Source of the DNA: Methanobacteriota archaeon
Lineage (GTDB): Archaea; Halobacteriota; Bog-38; Methanoflorentales; Methanoflorentaceae
Assembly (NCBI GenBank): GCA_963720465.1
Contig: OY970393.1
Span: 800,001-864,000, forward strand
Length of the DNA stretch: 64,000 bases
Direction: 5' to 3'
Part shown: positions 30,081 to 40,622 of the stretch, in pieces
Position numbering within the stretch: position 1 is the stretch's first letter
How the letters are laid out: each line of letters starts with the position of its first letter
Translations under genes and position numbers: made by a program
Notes under the pieces: model-generated
The model's input: the letters and a program-made list of their open reading frames with translations, nothing else
What the model was told of the DNA's origin: nothing
Database searches by the model: none

Positions 30081-30114
30081 AGCGACAAATAAGCGCAACT
30101 GCTCACTTTTTTTT
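30081..30114 (+). repeat. Dispersed repeat copy 3
   Basis: AGCGACAAATAAGCGCAACTGCTCACTTTTTTTT. Confidence 0.85.
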
Positions 30115-30260
30115 ATAAACAAAAGGTCTTCTGCATGCGGGCCTGTCTATACACTTCTTGTATTCATTTTGCGACTTTCAGGCTAAAAAAATGAAGACGC
30201 TTGTCAAGAAGTTGGGTAGAGTTATCCTTCATCTAGGTGGAGCATTCGCGTGTAAGAAGG

Positions 30261-30980
30261 ATGTCTTTTAAAGACTTGAACGGAATGAGTGCCCCCCTCG
30301 TCAGAAAGATTGGACTGCTTAAGGACTACTTAAAGGTACGTCCACACCACTCACTTCGAGAAGGCAGCAAAGTCATAGACATCGGGGGGATCTGTGAATA
30401 TTATGATTTGCTACGATCTGCAGTTAGTCCTGGTGAGCTGTACCTACTTAATATCGAACGACATAGTGTCAGAGCGTGTCAATCGATAGTCGCAAATGCG
30501 TTACAACTGCCGTTTTGCGACGAAACCTGGGATGCGGTCATATCGTTCGAGCTGGTCGAACACTTGACAGAGCCGGCAAGCTTGCTTTCGGAGGTCTCTA
30601 GAATCCTCCGAAGTGATGGATTGTTCGTTCTGTCCACCCCAAACTTGGCTGACATATACAGCCGCATTACATTTCTTTTTGGGTACAATCCTTTTAACTA
30701 TGATCCGAGCGCCTACAAATTTGGATCCCTTTCCAAGGTTGAAATTGCAGACCGAGGACACAAAAGCGTGTTAACCTTCAAGGGAATGAAAGGGCTCCTC
30801 GGCCATTATGGGTTCCGCATAGAGAAGTCCTATGGCTACTCTTATATCGAATCGCTGTACCGCAGATTAGATCCCCAAAAGGAAGAAAGGATCGGTTTCA
30901 GTAATCTACGGAGAGTACTTGGGTCAGTATTGCCCGTCTCGTTAAGTGATGGGATACTCTTCATTTGCAAAAAGGTTTGA
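30261..30980 (+). CDS. Class I SAM-dependent methyltransferase (type 11)
   Basis: VIDIGG, LPFCDETWDAVISFELVEHL, LSTPN. Confidence 0.88.
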   Translation: MSFKDLNGMSAPLVRKIGLLKDYLKVRPHHSLREGSKVIDIGGICEYYDLLRSAVSPGELYLLNIERHSVRACQSIVANALQLPFCDETWDAVISFELVEHLTEPASLLSEVSRILRSDGLFVLSTPNLADIYSRITFLFGYNPFNYDPSAYKFGSLSKVEIADRGHKSVLTFKGMKGLLGHYGFRIEKSYGYSYIESLYRRLDPQKEERIGFSNLRRVLGSVLPVSLSDGILFICKKV

Positions 30981-31719
30981 AAGAAGCTCCCGTTTGTTCA
31001 AAGGCACGCTGACCGCTCCTGCAGCGAATTACGATCAGATCGATGCAACTAGACAGAGCTTGAATCAGCTGCGAGGAACGTTATTTCTAGAATCCAAGGA
31101 CTTTATGGTTCCCAATGGAGGAGCGCATTCGTTACCGGGGGGGGGAGGGGAGAGACATTACCTTCTTAAGGTTAATTAGCCGCACGCCTGGATATCGAGA
31201 GCACGCTTTTGGTCTACGCAGCGTATGCGCTGCACCGATCTGACAGCGCATAGCGCACCGATTCTTTTCTAGTACAGCTCAATCCGCGCCGCTTCTCCAA
31301 AAAAGACGCAGAAACCCTTCTCGTTGCAGTTTACGCCGTGTCCTTCGCGCCGAGCTTCTGAAGAGCCTCTTCCACCGTCTAATGCGGCATTTTGCTTTGT
31401 TCACTCAGCAAGGCTTTAATAAGCGGCTGCACGGCTCCTGTATCTCCGATCTGGTCAAGGCATACGATCCGTTTTTAGGGCGATTCGCAGGCAGCGGCGT
31501 GCCTCAAGCGAACGTTCTCAATATGGACGCAGGCCTATAAAGTACGGTCAGAAAGCCCAAGAATTTGAGTACAATTCGAAATCGTTTAAAAAAGAGTGAT
31601 CGTTAAAGGAAAAACTGATGGAAAAACAACATCCTCGTCAATTACCAGAGGCCAAAACCCCACAACAACAACAATGCAGTCGATCCATCTCCAAAAACAA
31701 CGCAGATAGATAATCGAGG

Positions 31720-32010
31720 TTACTCGACCTCCCCTAAGGATTCTACTTCCTCAGGAACTTCGACGACCTCAGCGACCGCACAGTTGCGCTTTATAGATTT
31801 GATTTCAATCTTAACTGAGTCGTTGACCTTTGTGTTTGGCACAAAAATCACAAGACCGCTAATGCGCGCAATGCCATCCCCTTGTCTGGCAGTGTCTTCA
31901 ATCTTCACATCGTATTGTTTGCCGACGTCCACAGGAGCATCGTTAAACGATCCGCTGCCGTACTTGTTAAAACTGCTGCTGCCAAAAGAGCTTTGATTTG
32001 ATCTATACAT
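31720..32010 (-). CDS. Single-TRAM-domain protein (archaeal RNA chaperone/cold-shock type)
   Basis: APVDVGKQYDVKIEDTARQGDGIARISGLVIFVP; GGAGGTGA RBS. Confidence 0.92.
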   Translation of the reverse strand: MYRSNQSSFGSSSFNKYGSGSFNDAPVDVGKQYDVKIEDTARQGDGIARISGLVIFVPNTKVNDSVKIEIKSIKRNCAVAEVVEVPEEVESLGEVE

Positions 32011-32170
32011 GTTTCACCTCCCTTTTTGTTGTCAGAGACTATATGTTTCAATCATATAAGGTCTTATGCAGCGTGGCTTGAGCCGCACGACGTATGATCA
32101 TCGCATATTGGCCACGCCAAACAGTATACGTCGACCAAAAGCGGCGACTGTCGGCTCAGGTAACAACAAC

Positions 32171-33328
32171 TCAACGTTTGAGGAGCCTTCTCACAACCGG
32201 AGTGGATACGGTAATAGCACCCTCCGGACATAGTTCCTGACAGCAATAGCAGCGTATGCATTTGCCGTAATTTATCGTCGGCCCTGCGGCTTTTGCAAAC
32301 GTTATTGCTTTCGGCGGGCAGTCCTTGAAGCATTCTCCGCACCGTATACATTTGGAGGCGTTGACGACGGGTTTTACAGCTATGAACCTCTTCAAGCTGT
32401 TGACGAGAAACGGCGGTGCTCTCGAGAGTGACGTGGTTAACGTTTTATTAAAATCACCCATAATGAGCGGCTCAATCTGCTCTCCAAACAGTTCGATGTC
32501 TTGTAAGCGTGCCGGCCCGACGCTTCGCTCATGTGCCAATTTCACCGTCGGGACCGACATAGGATCGAAGCCTGCGATTGTTACCGCCGCATAGTCGAGC
32601 GCCGTACAGCTCTTGCTCGCAAGGACTAACCCGATTTTGCGCGGATCCCCGTTAGAGGGGCCATCGCCCTCCATACCCACGATCGCATCCATAATCGTGA
32701 GAGCTGGGGGGTACGTTTGGTGTAAGTCAAGCAGCAGATCAGCAAACAGGTTTAAGTCCCGGGCGGTGTGCAGATGAAACTCGGTCTTGAACATTCCCGG
32801 TATATAGCCATACAGGAGCTTGACGGCCCCGGTGTAGTACGTAAGGTTGTGCGTCTTAAGCTTCGGGAGACCGATTATCACGTCTGCTTCGGTAACTGCT
32901 TTAGCCAGCGTGAGTTTCTTAAACGTCTTTGCTGTGTCTGAGGCAACCTCCACTGTGGCCTCGTCAAATCGGACCCATTCGCAGCCGGTGTCCTCAACCA
33001 CCTGCCGAATTCCCGTCTTCTCGAGCAGCTTCTTATACGACGCACGGGTGCTTCCGCCGCCGGGAGAATCCCCGACCACCGGCGTGGCTCCCAGCTCTTG
33101 GACTAGCTTAATCGTCGCCCTTACTATTGCAGGGTGCGTGGTCACAGCAGCTTCAGGTGGTTTCGCCGACAACAGATTCAGCTTGATCAGCACGCGATCG
33201 GTCGCCTTGACGACCGACTCGAGCCCCCCTAAAGGCGCGAGGCTGGCTTCGACCGCCTTGCTGACCCTCTGATCATCGTAAGAGTCGCATCTGTGGATCG
33301 ATACTTTGTATGGCATGCTGACGCTCAT
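32171..33328 (-). CDS. DUF362 domain protein with two C-terminal 4Fe-4S motifs
   Basis: VLIKLNLL, TTHP, LPKLKTH, GMEGDGP, CIRCGECFKDCP, CIRCYCCQELCP. Confidence 0.92.
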   Translation of the reverse strand: MSVSMPYKVSIHRCDSYDDQRVSKAVEASLAPLGGLESVVKATDRVLIKLNLLSAKPPEAAVTTHPAIVRATIKLVQELGATPVVGDSPGGGSTRASYKKLLEKTGIRQVVEDTGCEWVRFDEATVEVASDTAKTFKKLTLAKAVTEADVIIGLPKLKTHNLTYYTGAVKLLYGYIPGMFKTEFHLHTARDLNLFADLLLDLHQTYPPALTIMDAIVGMEGDGPSNGDPRKIGLVLASKSCTALDYAAVTIAGFDPMSVPTVKLAHERSVGPARLQDIELFGEQIEPLIMGDFNKTLTTSLSRAPPFLVNSLKRFIAVKPVVNASKCIRCGECFKDCPPKAITFAKAAGPTINYGKCIRCYCCQELCPEGAITVSTPVVRRLLKR

Positions 33329-33425
33329 TTGTTTGTGTGTCGAGACTCAAATAGATTCTCTCCAGCCCACCAAGGCCCTAAGCAAACGTTTTATTCAAAG
33401 ACGTCGACGTACTGTGTCGAGACAG

Positions 33426-33818
33426 ATGCTTCGAGCCAAAAAGAAAACCAGCGTCAACACGTGCGTAATCGTCGGCGACAGCTTATCGCAGGCGGATACC
33501 ACGCACGAGGAGGAGATAACGAAGGCGGCTCAGCTCGAGAGAGACGATCTCAAGAAGCTCCAAGAGATGAGCAAGCTCCAGCTGGCAATACTAACAGAGC
33601 TGATGCCGGTCAGCCCTCGTGCGATACACTCAGAGGTCTTGCTTGAGGTCTTAACTCCTTTCTTAAAGGCGCAACGCAAGAAAGACCGGAGGCGCGAATT
33701 CGAAGCCGCGGTCGCTCCTCTAGTACAAGAAGGATTCGTAAGATATTTCTGTTGTTTCATCGACAGCTACGCCATTAATCCACAGCGCACAAGCATTGCC
33801 CCCCACTTGACGGTATAG
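33426..33818 (+). CDS. Hypothetical protein
   Basis: Helical protein-like ORF; start uncertain. Confidence 0.4.
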   Translation: MLRAKKKTSVNTCVIVGDSLSQADTTHEEEITKAAQLERDDLKKLQEMSKLQLAILTELMPVSPRAIHSEVLLEVLTPFLKAQRKKDRRREFEAAVAPLVQEGFVRYFCCFIDSYAINPQRTSIAPHLTV

Positions 33819-34149
33819 CCACGAATTACTCGCCCCAGCAATCAACATAGCACGAGAGACTGTAAACTCAAATCGAACGCTGTCACGCAGCGCGGCAGGA
33901 CGTGGCGAGCGAGCTGCTAAACTATCTAAAACGGCGCAAGATCTTGTAGGGAAAGTGAAGCGATGTGTCTCGACGAATTCAGCAAATCGCACGTAGCGAC
34001 GCGCGAAACGACGGACGCCTGGTTTTTCTGTGACTGGTCAAACGCACGAGTTCAATCCAGAGCTTTTGGACGACCGTATTGCAGACAAATGGCGCACCTG
34101 AGAAGGATGCATAAGGACGTCCCGTGGCCAGGCGATAGTGGCGTGCATA

Positions 34150-34620
34150 ATGATTAACAAGGAACGCTGCTTTACTGTAAAGGAGGCTGCCAAACTCCTG
34201 GGCGTTTCGACTGCGACCGTAAAGCGTCGGATCAAGAGCAAAGAGCTTATCACCGAGGAACGTATCGGTCGCCGCGGGCTTGAACTTGTTATACCGCAGC
34301 GGGCATTAAACTTAGAGATCATGAGCTTCGTTCCTACCATAAACCAGCTTACTCTTTCTGATTTTGAAGCTATCGTGGTCAAGCGTTTTGAGGCGATGGC
34401 CGCAGGAAGCGACCAACGTGTCTCCAAGGCGCTCAAAGAGTTGCGCAAAGAGTATGCGCAACTTACGGCCGAACTCAATGGCTTCCAAACGGTTTTTAGC
34501 GAAGCTGCCGCGTTGCCGGCTGCAGAACGCAAAGCAGATTCGTCTGAAGCAGGACCGGAGAGTAACACAATCATCGCCGCCCCACCGCGCTCGGCGCGCT
34601 TTCCGATTCTCAGAAAATGA
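34150..34620 (+). CDS. Excisionase/MerR-like HTH protein with coiled coil
   Basis: FTVKEAAKLLGVSTATVKRRIKSKEL. Confidence 0.8.
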   Translation: MINKERCFTVKEAAKLLGVSTATVKRRIKSKELITEERIGRRGLELVIPQRALNLEIMSFVPTINQLTLSDFEAIVVKRFEAMAAGSDQRVSKALKELRKEYAQLTAELNGFQTVFSEAAALPAAERKADSSEAGPESNTIIAAPPRSARFPILRK

Positions 34621-35054
34621 ATGAAGCCGGTCATGGGGTTGCATAAACTGCCGCTCAACTCACGGATCTGTGTTCACGATCTACGCTGTGGTGTTGTCCC
34701 ACGGCGGCTTCTGCGAGCAACTTCGTCGCCACGTGCGTAACCAGTTCTGGCGCTGGCAGCGCATTCGGTGCGGCGGTATTCGGCGCGTTCATTTGCCCTC
34801 TCGTGACATCGTCCACAGACACGACATAGATCGGCTACTATTAGGCTTCGCGGGCGGGTTCGGGTCTATCACTATCGCACGGAAGAAGCCAAGATCAACC
34901 GAAAGGTGGTCTTCGATATTTGGTCCAACGGACCTTGTTTTAGGGTGAACAAGGTAAAAAAAGCGCGCTACTAAGTCTGCTTCAGATTCCTGTATCTCCA
35001 TAACGTCTGCTAACGTCGACCGCACGATTTCAACGTTGCGAGGTGACGGGCTGA

Positions 35055-35225
35055 CTAGAACTGTATTGAACCATCCTTGACGATAAGCAGGTGCTGCATG
35101 CAGCTTTGGCAGAAAACGTGTACGTGCCCGTCAGTAAATATAGATCTGCTCGCTGTGTCCGCGCTTAATGCAGTGCCGCACTTCTCACAAGACAGTTCAA
35201 TATCATCGCTTTTGTTCATGTTCAT
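35055..35225 (-). CDS. Small zinc-finger protein (56 aa)
   Basis: Hand translation MNMNKSDDIELSCEKCGTAL...HVFCQSCMQHLLIVKDGSIQF. Confidence 0.6.
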   Translation of the reverse strand: MNMNKSDDIELSCEKCGTALSADTASRSIFTDGHVHVFCQSCMQHLLIVKDGSIQF

Positions 35226-35479
35226 AAACCACACGATGCACTAATATTTTTTCCAGTAGTCTAGATTATGGCGATTCTCGAACATCGATATGCTTCCGGC
35301 ACGGATAAGCCTTGTTAACTCGTTGCTGGGTGCAATGACTGTTGAGAACTCACGTGAGCCACCCATATATCACCCGCTCAGACGCCGCTGCGCGTGACTT
35401 GAGCGACAGCGCGATGAATGCTCACCAGTTTTGCCGCCATCTAAATCACGGTCTAACGATAATCTATGCAAAGGATTCG

Positions 35480-36007
35480 TCACCCAACAAAGTCACTCGC
35501 CGCGAACAGGGCATCAAACAGATAACCGCTCGACTCTATCCGCTCTTTCGCGCCGCTCTCGCGATCCAAAATGCACATCACTTTTGCAATCGTGCAGCCA
35601 AGCTGCTCAATTGCAGCTATTCCCGATAGCACTGATTCCCCGCTTGTCGTAACGTCCTCAACGAACCCAACGACATCCCCGTGCAGTATACATCCCTCTG
35701 TGCGCTGCATCCGTCCGTGTTTCTTCTCCGCTTTTCTCACAAAAAAAGCGCGCACCGTGCCTGATTTAAGGGCGATTGCTGTAGCGATGGGTATCGCACC
35801 GCTCTCCATTCCCCCTACAGCGTCCACGCTACCCAACCGCTCTAACATGAGTTCGGAAACCAAAGACGCGCCGCGAGGGTGCATCGTGACGCGGCGCAAG
35901 TCGAAGTAAAAATCGCTCAGCTCCCCTGCCGACAATCGGTAGGGGCCGTCAGAGAAGAAGGCGTATTTCTTAACTAGATCCTTTAAATCTTCGTACGCTT
36001 TTTGCAC
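35480..36007 (-). CDS. pyrE: Orotate phosphoribosyltransferase
   Basis: LSAGELSDFYFDLR, VRKAEKKHG, VEDVTTSGES PRPP loop. Confidence 0.92.
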   Translation of the reverse strand: MQKAYEDLKDLVKKYAFFSDGPYRLSAGELSDFYFDLRRVTMHPRGASLVSELMLERLGSVDAVGGMESGAIPIATAIALKSGTVRAFFVRKAEKKHGRMQRTEGCILHGDVVGFVEDVTTSGESVLSGIAAIEQLGCTIAKVMCILDRESGAKERIESSGYLFDALFAASDFVG

Positions 36008-36169
36008 GATTACCTCCTGTCAGGCGTCGCTGCCGAAAGCTCTGCAAGCCGTGGATTTGGCTTTTTAGCTCATAAGCATATAGGTATCCTCCCTTCCACA
36101 GAGTAAAAAAAGCAGCACGCCACAACCACGGATACTTATAATAGCGCTTGAGTCAAACTAGAGGCGGGA

Positions 36170-38578
36170 ATGCGAGACTACGTTGACCATAAACTAATCG
36201 TCCATAATTCGGTGGAGGCCCGAGCATATCAACTCGCGCTTGCCGAATCTGCCGCGCGCGCCTCTACTATGATTGTGCTGCCGACGGGGCTTGGCAAAAC
36301 CATCGTAGCGCTGCTCGTCATCGCTAAACGCCTCGAAAACGATGGGCGGGTTCTATTTCTGGCACCAACAAAGCCCCTTGTCGAGCAGCACGCTGCGTTC
36401 TTGCGTTCACACCTACTCGCAGAGACGACCATCTTCACAGGGGAGATTCTTCCCGATAAGCGAAGAGAACTATGGAAGCAGAAACAGCAAGCGATCGTTT
36501 CGACGCCTCAAGTCATTGAAAACGATCTCAAAAAGGCGAGGATCGATCTTTCTGAAGTGAAACTCATCATCTTTGACGAGGCACACCGCGCGGTGGGCAA
36601 CTATGCGTATCGCTTTATCGCCAGCAAGTATGTCAAGCAGGCACCAGATCCCCTTATTCTTGGGATGACCGCCTCTCCTGGCGGCACCGTTGAGAAAATC
36701 CACGAAGTGAGCGAGAGCCTGTTCATTGATAATATCGAGATCCGCACCGAGTCTGATCCTGATGTATATCCGTACACGCACGAGAAGAATGTAGAGACGC
36801 ATAAACTGTCATTGCCGGCCCAGATGGAGACCATTCAGCGGAATCTCAAGCAAGCAGCGACGCAGCGGCTGCGCCAGCTTATGAAGTTGAAAGTCGTGTT
36901 CAGCGAATGGGTCTCCACGTCCGAATTGATCAAAATACAGCACAAAGTCGCCACCGATAGGAACTACAGAGCGATGTCTCTGGTTGCTGAGGTGATCAAG
37001 TTACGGCACGCTATTGGATTGATTGAGACACAGGGCATCGTGCCGACGCGCAAGTACTTTGAGCGGCTGAACAGAGAAGCGCAGTCAAAAAAGGGCAGCA
37101 AAGCAGCGCGAAGCCTCGTCGCCGATGATCACGTAAAGGCGGCTATGACGCTTTCAAACCGTCTGGACGAAATGCATCCAAAGCTTGACGCCTTGAAAGA
37201 CGTCGTCGCGCAGCAACTGGCGCGCAAACCCGATTCACGAATCATCGTTTTCACGAACTACCGCGATACCGCCGAAGTCGTCAGAAATACGCTCAACGCG
37301 ATCCGGGACATCCGGGCAGAGAAATTCGTCGGCCAAGCAAAGAAGGACGGGCAAAAAGGCCTCTCGCAGAGGGAACAGGTGCAGCTCGTAACAGACTTCG
37401 TAAATGGGACATACAACGTCCTCGTCGCTACAAGCGTTGCAGAGGAGGGCTTGGACATTCCTGCTACTGACATGGTTGTATTCTACGAGCCTATTCCTTC
37501 TGCAATTCGCAGCATCCAGCGAGAGGGCCGCACGGGAAGAAGACGAGCCGGTCGTATAGTAGTTTTGGTGACCAAAGGTACGCGGGACGAGACGTACAGC
37601 TTTTCGAGCACCCGAAAAAAGCGCGTGATGAGTGCCGAAATGAAGCGTATGAGCGCCAAGCAGGCTCAGGTCGCGGAGCTCGTTCAAATTGATGCCGAAA
37701 GCGGGCGCGGACAATCAGCTCGTCGAACGCCTCTGCGTGACGCAGACGATCTCGCATCAACGCACGCACGATTGGAGACCCAATGCAGCTTCCACGCGGA
37801 AGATGATGTTCGAGGCACTCAAAATCAAGGACGAGATCCAGACACGGTAAACAGCCTGGCGGGCACTCTCTCTGAAGAGCAACAAAAGACGCTGCTGGAC
37901 TTTGATTCCCACGAAAAAAAGATAGACACAAGTGCTATACGGATTGTCGCCGACCATCGAGAAGCTCGATCAGGGGTCATAGAAGAGCTTCAAGCGCTTG
38001 GGGCTATCGTTGACTGTCGTGCGCTTCCTGTCGCCGACTACATTCTGAGTGACCGAGTCGCTGTAGAGCGGAAAACTGACCGTGACTTCGCTGCATCGCT
38101 GACGGGCCGTGATCTTCTAACTCGAATCCAAGAGCTCGCTACAAACTACGAACGCCCCCTCATCGTCATCGAAGGACCTGACCTCTTCACGCGGACAGAC
38201 GTGCACCCTAATGCGATCCGTGGCATGCTAGCTGCTATCACTGTGGATCTGGGGGTGCCGATAATATGCTCGCGCGACGCCGCCGAAACGGCCCTGCAAC
38301 TTTTTGTGATCACAGAACGAGAACAGCTGGACAAAAAGCGAACCCCTCGAGTGCACGGAAAGAAGATCCTAAAGACGTTTCAAGAGCAGCAAGAATATGT
38401 ACTCGCCGCAATTCCCTCGATAGGGCCAACTACTGCCCGCGCCCTTTTGGAACATTTCGGCTCCGTTGAAACCATTTTTTGCGCGGAGACTCAAGAGCTC
38501 ACGAAGGTGCGAGGCGTCGGCAAACAGACCGCACAGACGATTCGCAAACTCGCATCGGCATATTACGAGACCAGCTAG
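36170..38578 (+). CDS. hef: Hef helicase/nuclease (SF2 DEAH helicase + ERCC4 + HhH)
   Basis: LPTGLGKT, DEAH, TASPG, QREGRTGR, VERKT, tandem HhH. Confidence 0.95.
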   Translation: MRDYVDHKLIVHNSVEARAYQLALAESAARASTMIVLPTGLGKTIVALLVIAKRLENDGRVLFLAPTKPLVEQHAAFLRSHLLAETTIFTGEILPDKRRELWKQKQQAIVSTPQVIENDLKKARIDLSEVKLIIFDEAHRAVGNYAYRFIASKYVKQAPDPLILGMTASPGGTVEKIHEVSESLFIDNIEIRTESDPDVYPYTHEKNVETHKLSLPAQMETIQRNLKQAATQRLRQLMKLKVVFSEWVSTSELIKIQHKVATDRNYRAMSLVAEVIKLRHAIGLIETQGIVPTRKYFERLNREAQSKKGSKAARSLVADDHVKAAMTLSNRLDEMHPKLDALKDVVAQQLARKPDSRIIVFTNYRDTAEVVRNTLNAIRDIRAEKFVGQAKKDGQKGLSQREQVQLVTDFVNGTYNVLVATSVAEEGLDIPATDMVVFYEPIPSAIRSIQREGRTGRRRAGRIVVLVTKGTRDETYSFSSTRKKRVMSAEMKRMSAKQAQVAELVQIDAESGRGQSARRTPLRDADDLASTHARLETQCSFHAEDDVRGTQNQGRDPDTVNSLAGTLSEEQQKTLLDFDSHEKKIDTSAIRIVADHREARSGVIEELQALGAIVDCRALPVADYILSDRVAVERKTDRDFAASLTGRDLLTRIQELATNYERPLIVIEGPDLFTRTDVHPNAIRGMLAAITVDLGVPIICSRDAAETALQLFVITEREQLDKKRTPRVHGKKILKTFQEQQEYVLAAIPSIGPTTARALLEHFGSVETIFCAETQELTKVRGVGKQTAQTIRKLASAYYETS

Positions 38579-38964
38579 GTTCTCGTTCAGAGCTCGGGTC
38601 GCACCGTCCAATAGCGCATATTCTTTTTGCGTCGCAACCGAAAAAAAAATGCGTGCGGAGGCTTCTCTCGTCTGATGCGACGATCCATCTCAGTTCTCTT
38701 GACTCAAGGACGTGGGATGCACAGCCGCGCAAAATCGATCAACAGCAAAGGCGTCGAATGCAAAGCGAGCGCACTATGCGCGCGTTGAATCCGCTCGATC
38801 GTTTCAGTGAAACGCTTCGGATCCGGCCGCTAAGCAACGCGCGTCCGACGCTCGGCAACCGGTGCCGAAACGCGGCACTGCTCCATCGATTACTTTATCC
38901 CGTCCACCAGCACAGCTCAGTCGACCTAACATTGCGGCTAGTAGAATCAATAAACAAGATCGGT

Positions 38965-39594
38965 CTAGAAGGCTTCCGTCTCCCCTACCGAAAGCACGGT
39001 GACCCGATGACCTGCTTTTTCCGCTAGTTGCTTGAATCGCTGCGGATCTGCTTTGATCTGACTGAAGGTGTTGAAGTGCATCGGAATAGCGACATCGGGC
39101 TTAATGATGTCGAGAGCTTCAAGTGCCTCTTCTACGTCCATCGTGAAAAAGCCGCCTATTGGAATGAATAGCACGGCGACGTTCTCCAAAGGTTGAACGC
39201 CATCCAAATAGGTGTCGCCGAGATGTGCGAATCGAACGCCCCCAAGTTCAAAGACGTAGCCGGTTGGATACTTGCTCTGATGATGGCTCGCAGCGACCAT
39301 GGACACGCGAACCCCTTCAACAAGCCTAGTTTGCCCGCGTTCCATCACAACCGCCTTACGGAATCTTCCTGCCATAGTTGGCGGCACGACTACCGTCGCG
39401 CTAAACCTCTCGGCGGTCGTGTGGTCAAAGTGCTCGTGCGTGATAAGCACGATATCGGGTTTTCCGGCGTAACTAGGCGCGTATGGGTTTTCTTTGCTAA
39501 AAAATGGATCAATCAAGAGAGTGTGATCGACGTCTTGCACCTCGAAACACGAGTGGCTCAGGTACGTCACGCGAACAGAGAGAGCTTCTTCCAT
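38965..39594 (-). CDS. Metal-dependent hydrolase, MBL fold (UPF0173-like)
   Basis: LLIDPF, THEHFDH, HLGDT, PIGGFFTM, IPMHFNTF. Confidence 0.92.
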   Translation of the reverse strand: MEEALSVRVTYLSHSCFEVQDVDHTLLIDPFFSKENPYAPSYAGKPDIVLITHEHFDHTTAERFSATVVVPPTMAGRFRKAVVMERGQTRLVEGVRVSMVAASHHQSKYPTGYVFELGGVRFAHLGDTYLDGVQPLENVAVLFIPIGGFFTMDVEEALEALDIIKPDVAIPMHFNTFSQIKADPQRFKQLAEKAGHRVTVLSVGETEAF

Positions 39595-39745
39595 ACAAGT
39601 ACGTCAAGCAGAGAGAATATAATACTTTGGCGTCACAAGTAGGGCGTCCCGAGCCCGACCTTGCAGTGAACCCCCCCTCCTCATGCGGCAAAGGCAAGCA
39701 CCTCAGGGAGGTTAAACGAATGCAACACGGAACGCTCGACGCAAA

Positions 39746-40540
39746 TTACCGCTTCGAGAACAGTTGGTCGGCCCTCATTCGAAGAACGTGTTGCGCATCT
39801 GAGTCAGATACGTCGAACACACGGTAACTAACTGACCGTGTAGCGGTCCAGATGCGAATATCCGGATCTTCGGAAAACGTGAGCCTGGCATTGCCCATTG
39901 TAGCCCTTGACACGCCAACGAGACCGTCAGCCAAGTGAGGATTCACGCTGCGCGGAAGCCGGAGACGGATATCGCGCACGCTTGCTTCAAGCGCCTGCGC
40001 AGCATCGTACGCGATCTTCGCTGAAACTGCTATCGCTGCGCATTTCTCCCCGTGAAAATTGAACCCTTCTCGGAAAAGTTCCGCGAGCACGTCCCCCTCT
40101 TCCATGTGTTGCGTGATATACGCAGAGTGCGTGTCTCTTGCCCAAAAAATCGCGTCCCATCCGGCTGAATACGGCTTTATGTCCACGACCGGCGATCCGT
40201 CGATAAGATCAAGCGGTTCGACGTAAAGGAGGGGACCGTCTACCTTTACTAGATGTGTGGCAGTGAGTGACAGTGGATTTGGCCGTGCAGGCGAGCGTAG
40301 AGAAAAAACGCCGCGTTTTTCGAGCTGAGGGTTTATTTTTCGCGGCCTTACCATCAGTGGCGCTCGATCAGCCTTGTCAAACCAGCCGATGACATTTATG
40401 TGTGTATCGCTCTCTATGCCTGTCAGCCCCTCCATAAACTCATCAAACACTTTGATGACTGCCGGAACGCCCTGCAGCGGCATATCGCGTGATTGCATCA
40501 CTGGCGACTGCACCGTGCCAATGGCCTTTAGGTCGTACAT
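39746..40540 (-). CDS. TrmO/TsaA-family domain fused to an FmdE-like domain
   Basis: GVFSLRSPARPNPL...DLIDGSPVVDIKPY followed by FHGEKC...DGLVGVSRATMGNARL. Confidence 0.8.
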   Translation of the reverse strand: MYDLKAIGTVQSPVMQSRDMPLQGVPAVIKVFDEFMEGLTGIESDTHINVIGWFDKADRAPLMVRPRKINPQLEKRGVFSLRSPARPNPLSLTATHLVKVDGPLLYVEPLDLIDGSPVVDIKPYSAGWDAIFWARDTHSAYITQHMEEGDVLAELFREGFNFHGEKCAAIAVSAKIAYDAAQALEASVRDIRLRLPRSVNPHLADGLVGVSRATMGNARLTFSEDPDIRIWTATRSVSYRVFDVSDSDAQHVLRMRADQLFSKR

Positions 40541-40622
40541 AACACCCCCCTCACTTCGTTAAGGCAGTTCTGGTCGGCGAGCCACCGGCGGCTACGTGAT
40601 CTTACTGGCAAGCGGAAGCACG

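Noticed and set aside
32046-32073. Reverse-strand ATTGAAAC (also near 16907) as further CRISPR repeats
   Set aside because: Only the 8-bp end matches; the contexts are the TRAM-gene promoter and coding sequence.
37640-37930. Long insertion in Hef as a possible intein
   Set aside because: No intein terminal residues or endonuclease motifs; it matches the known disordered helicase-nuclease linker.
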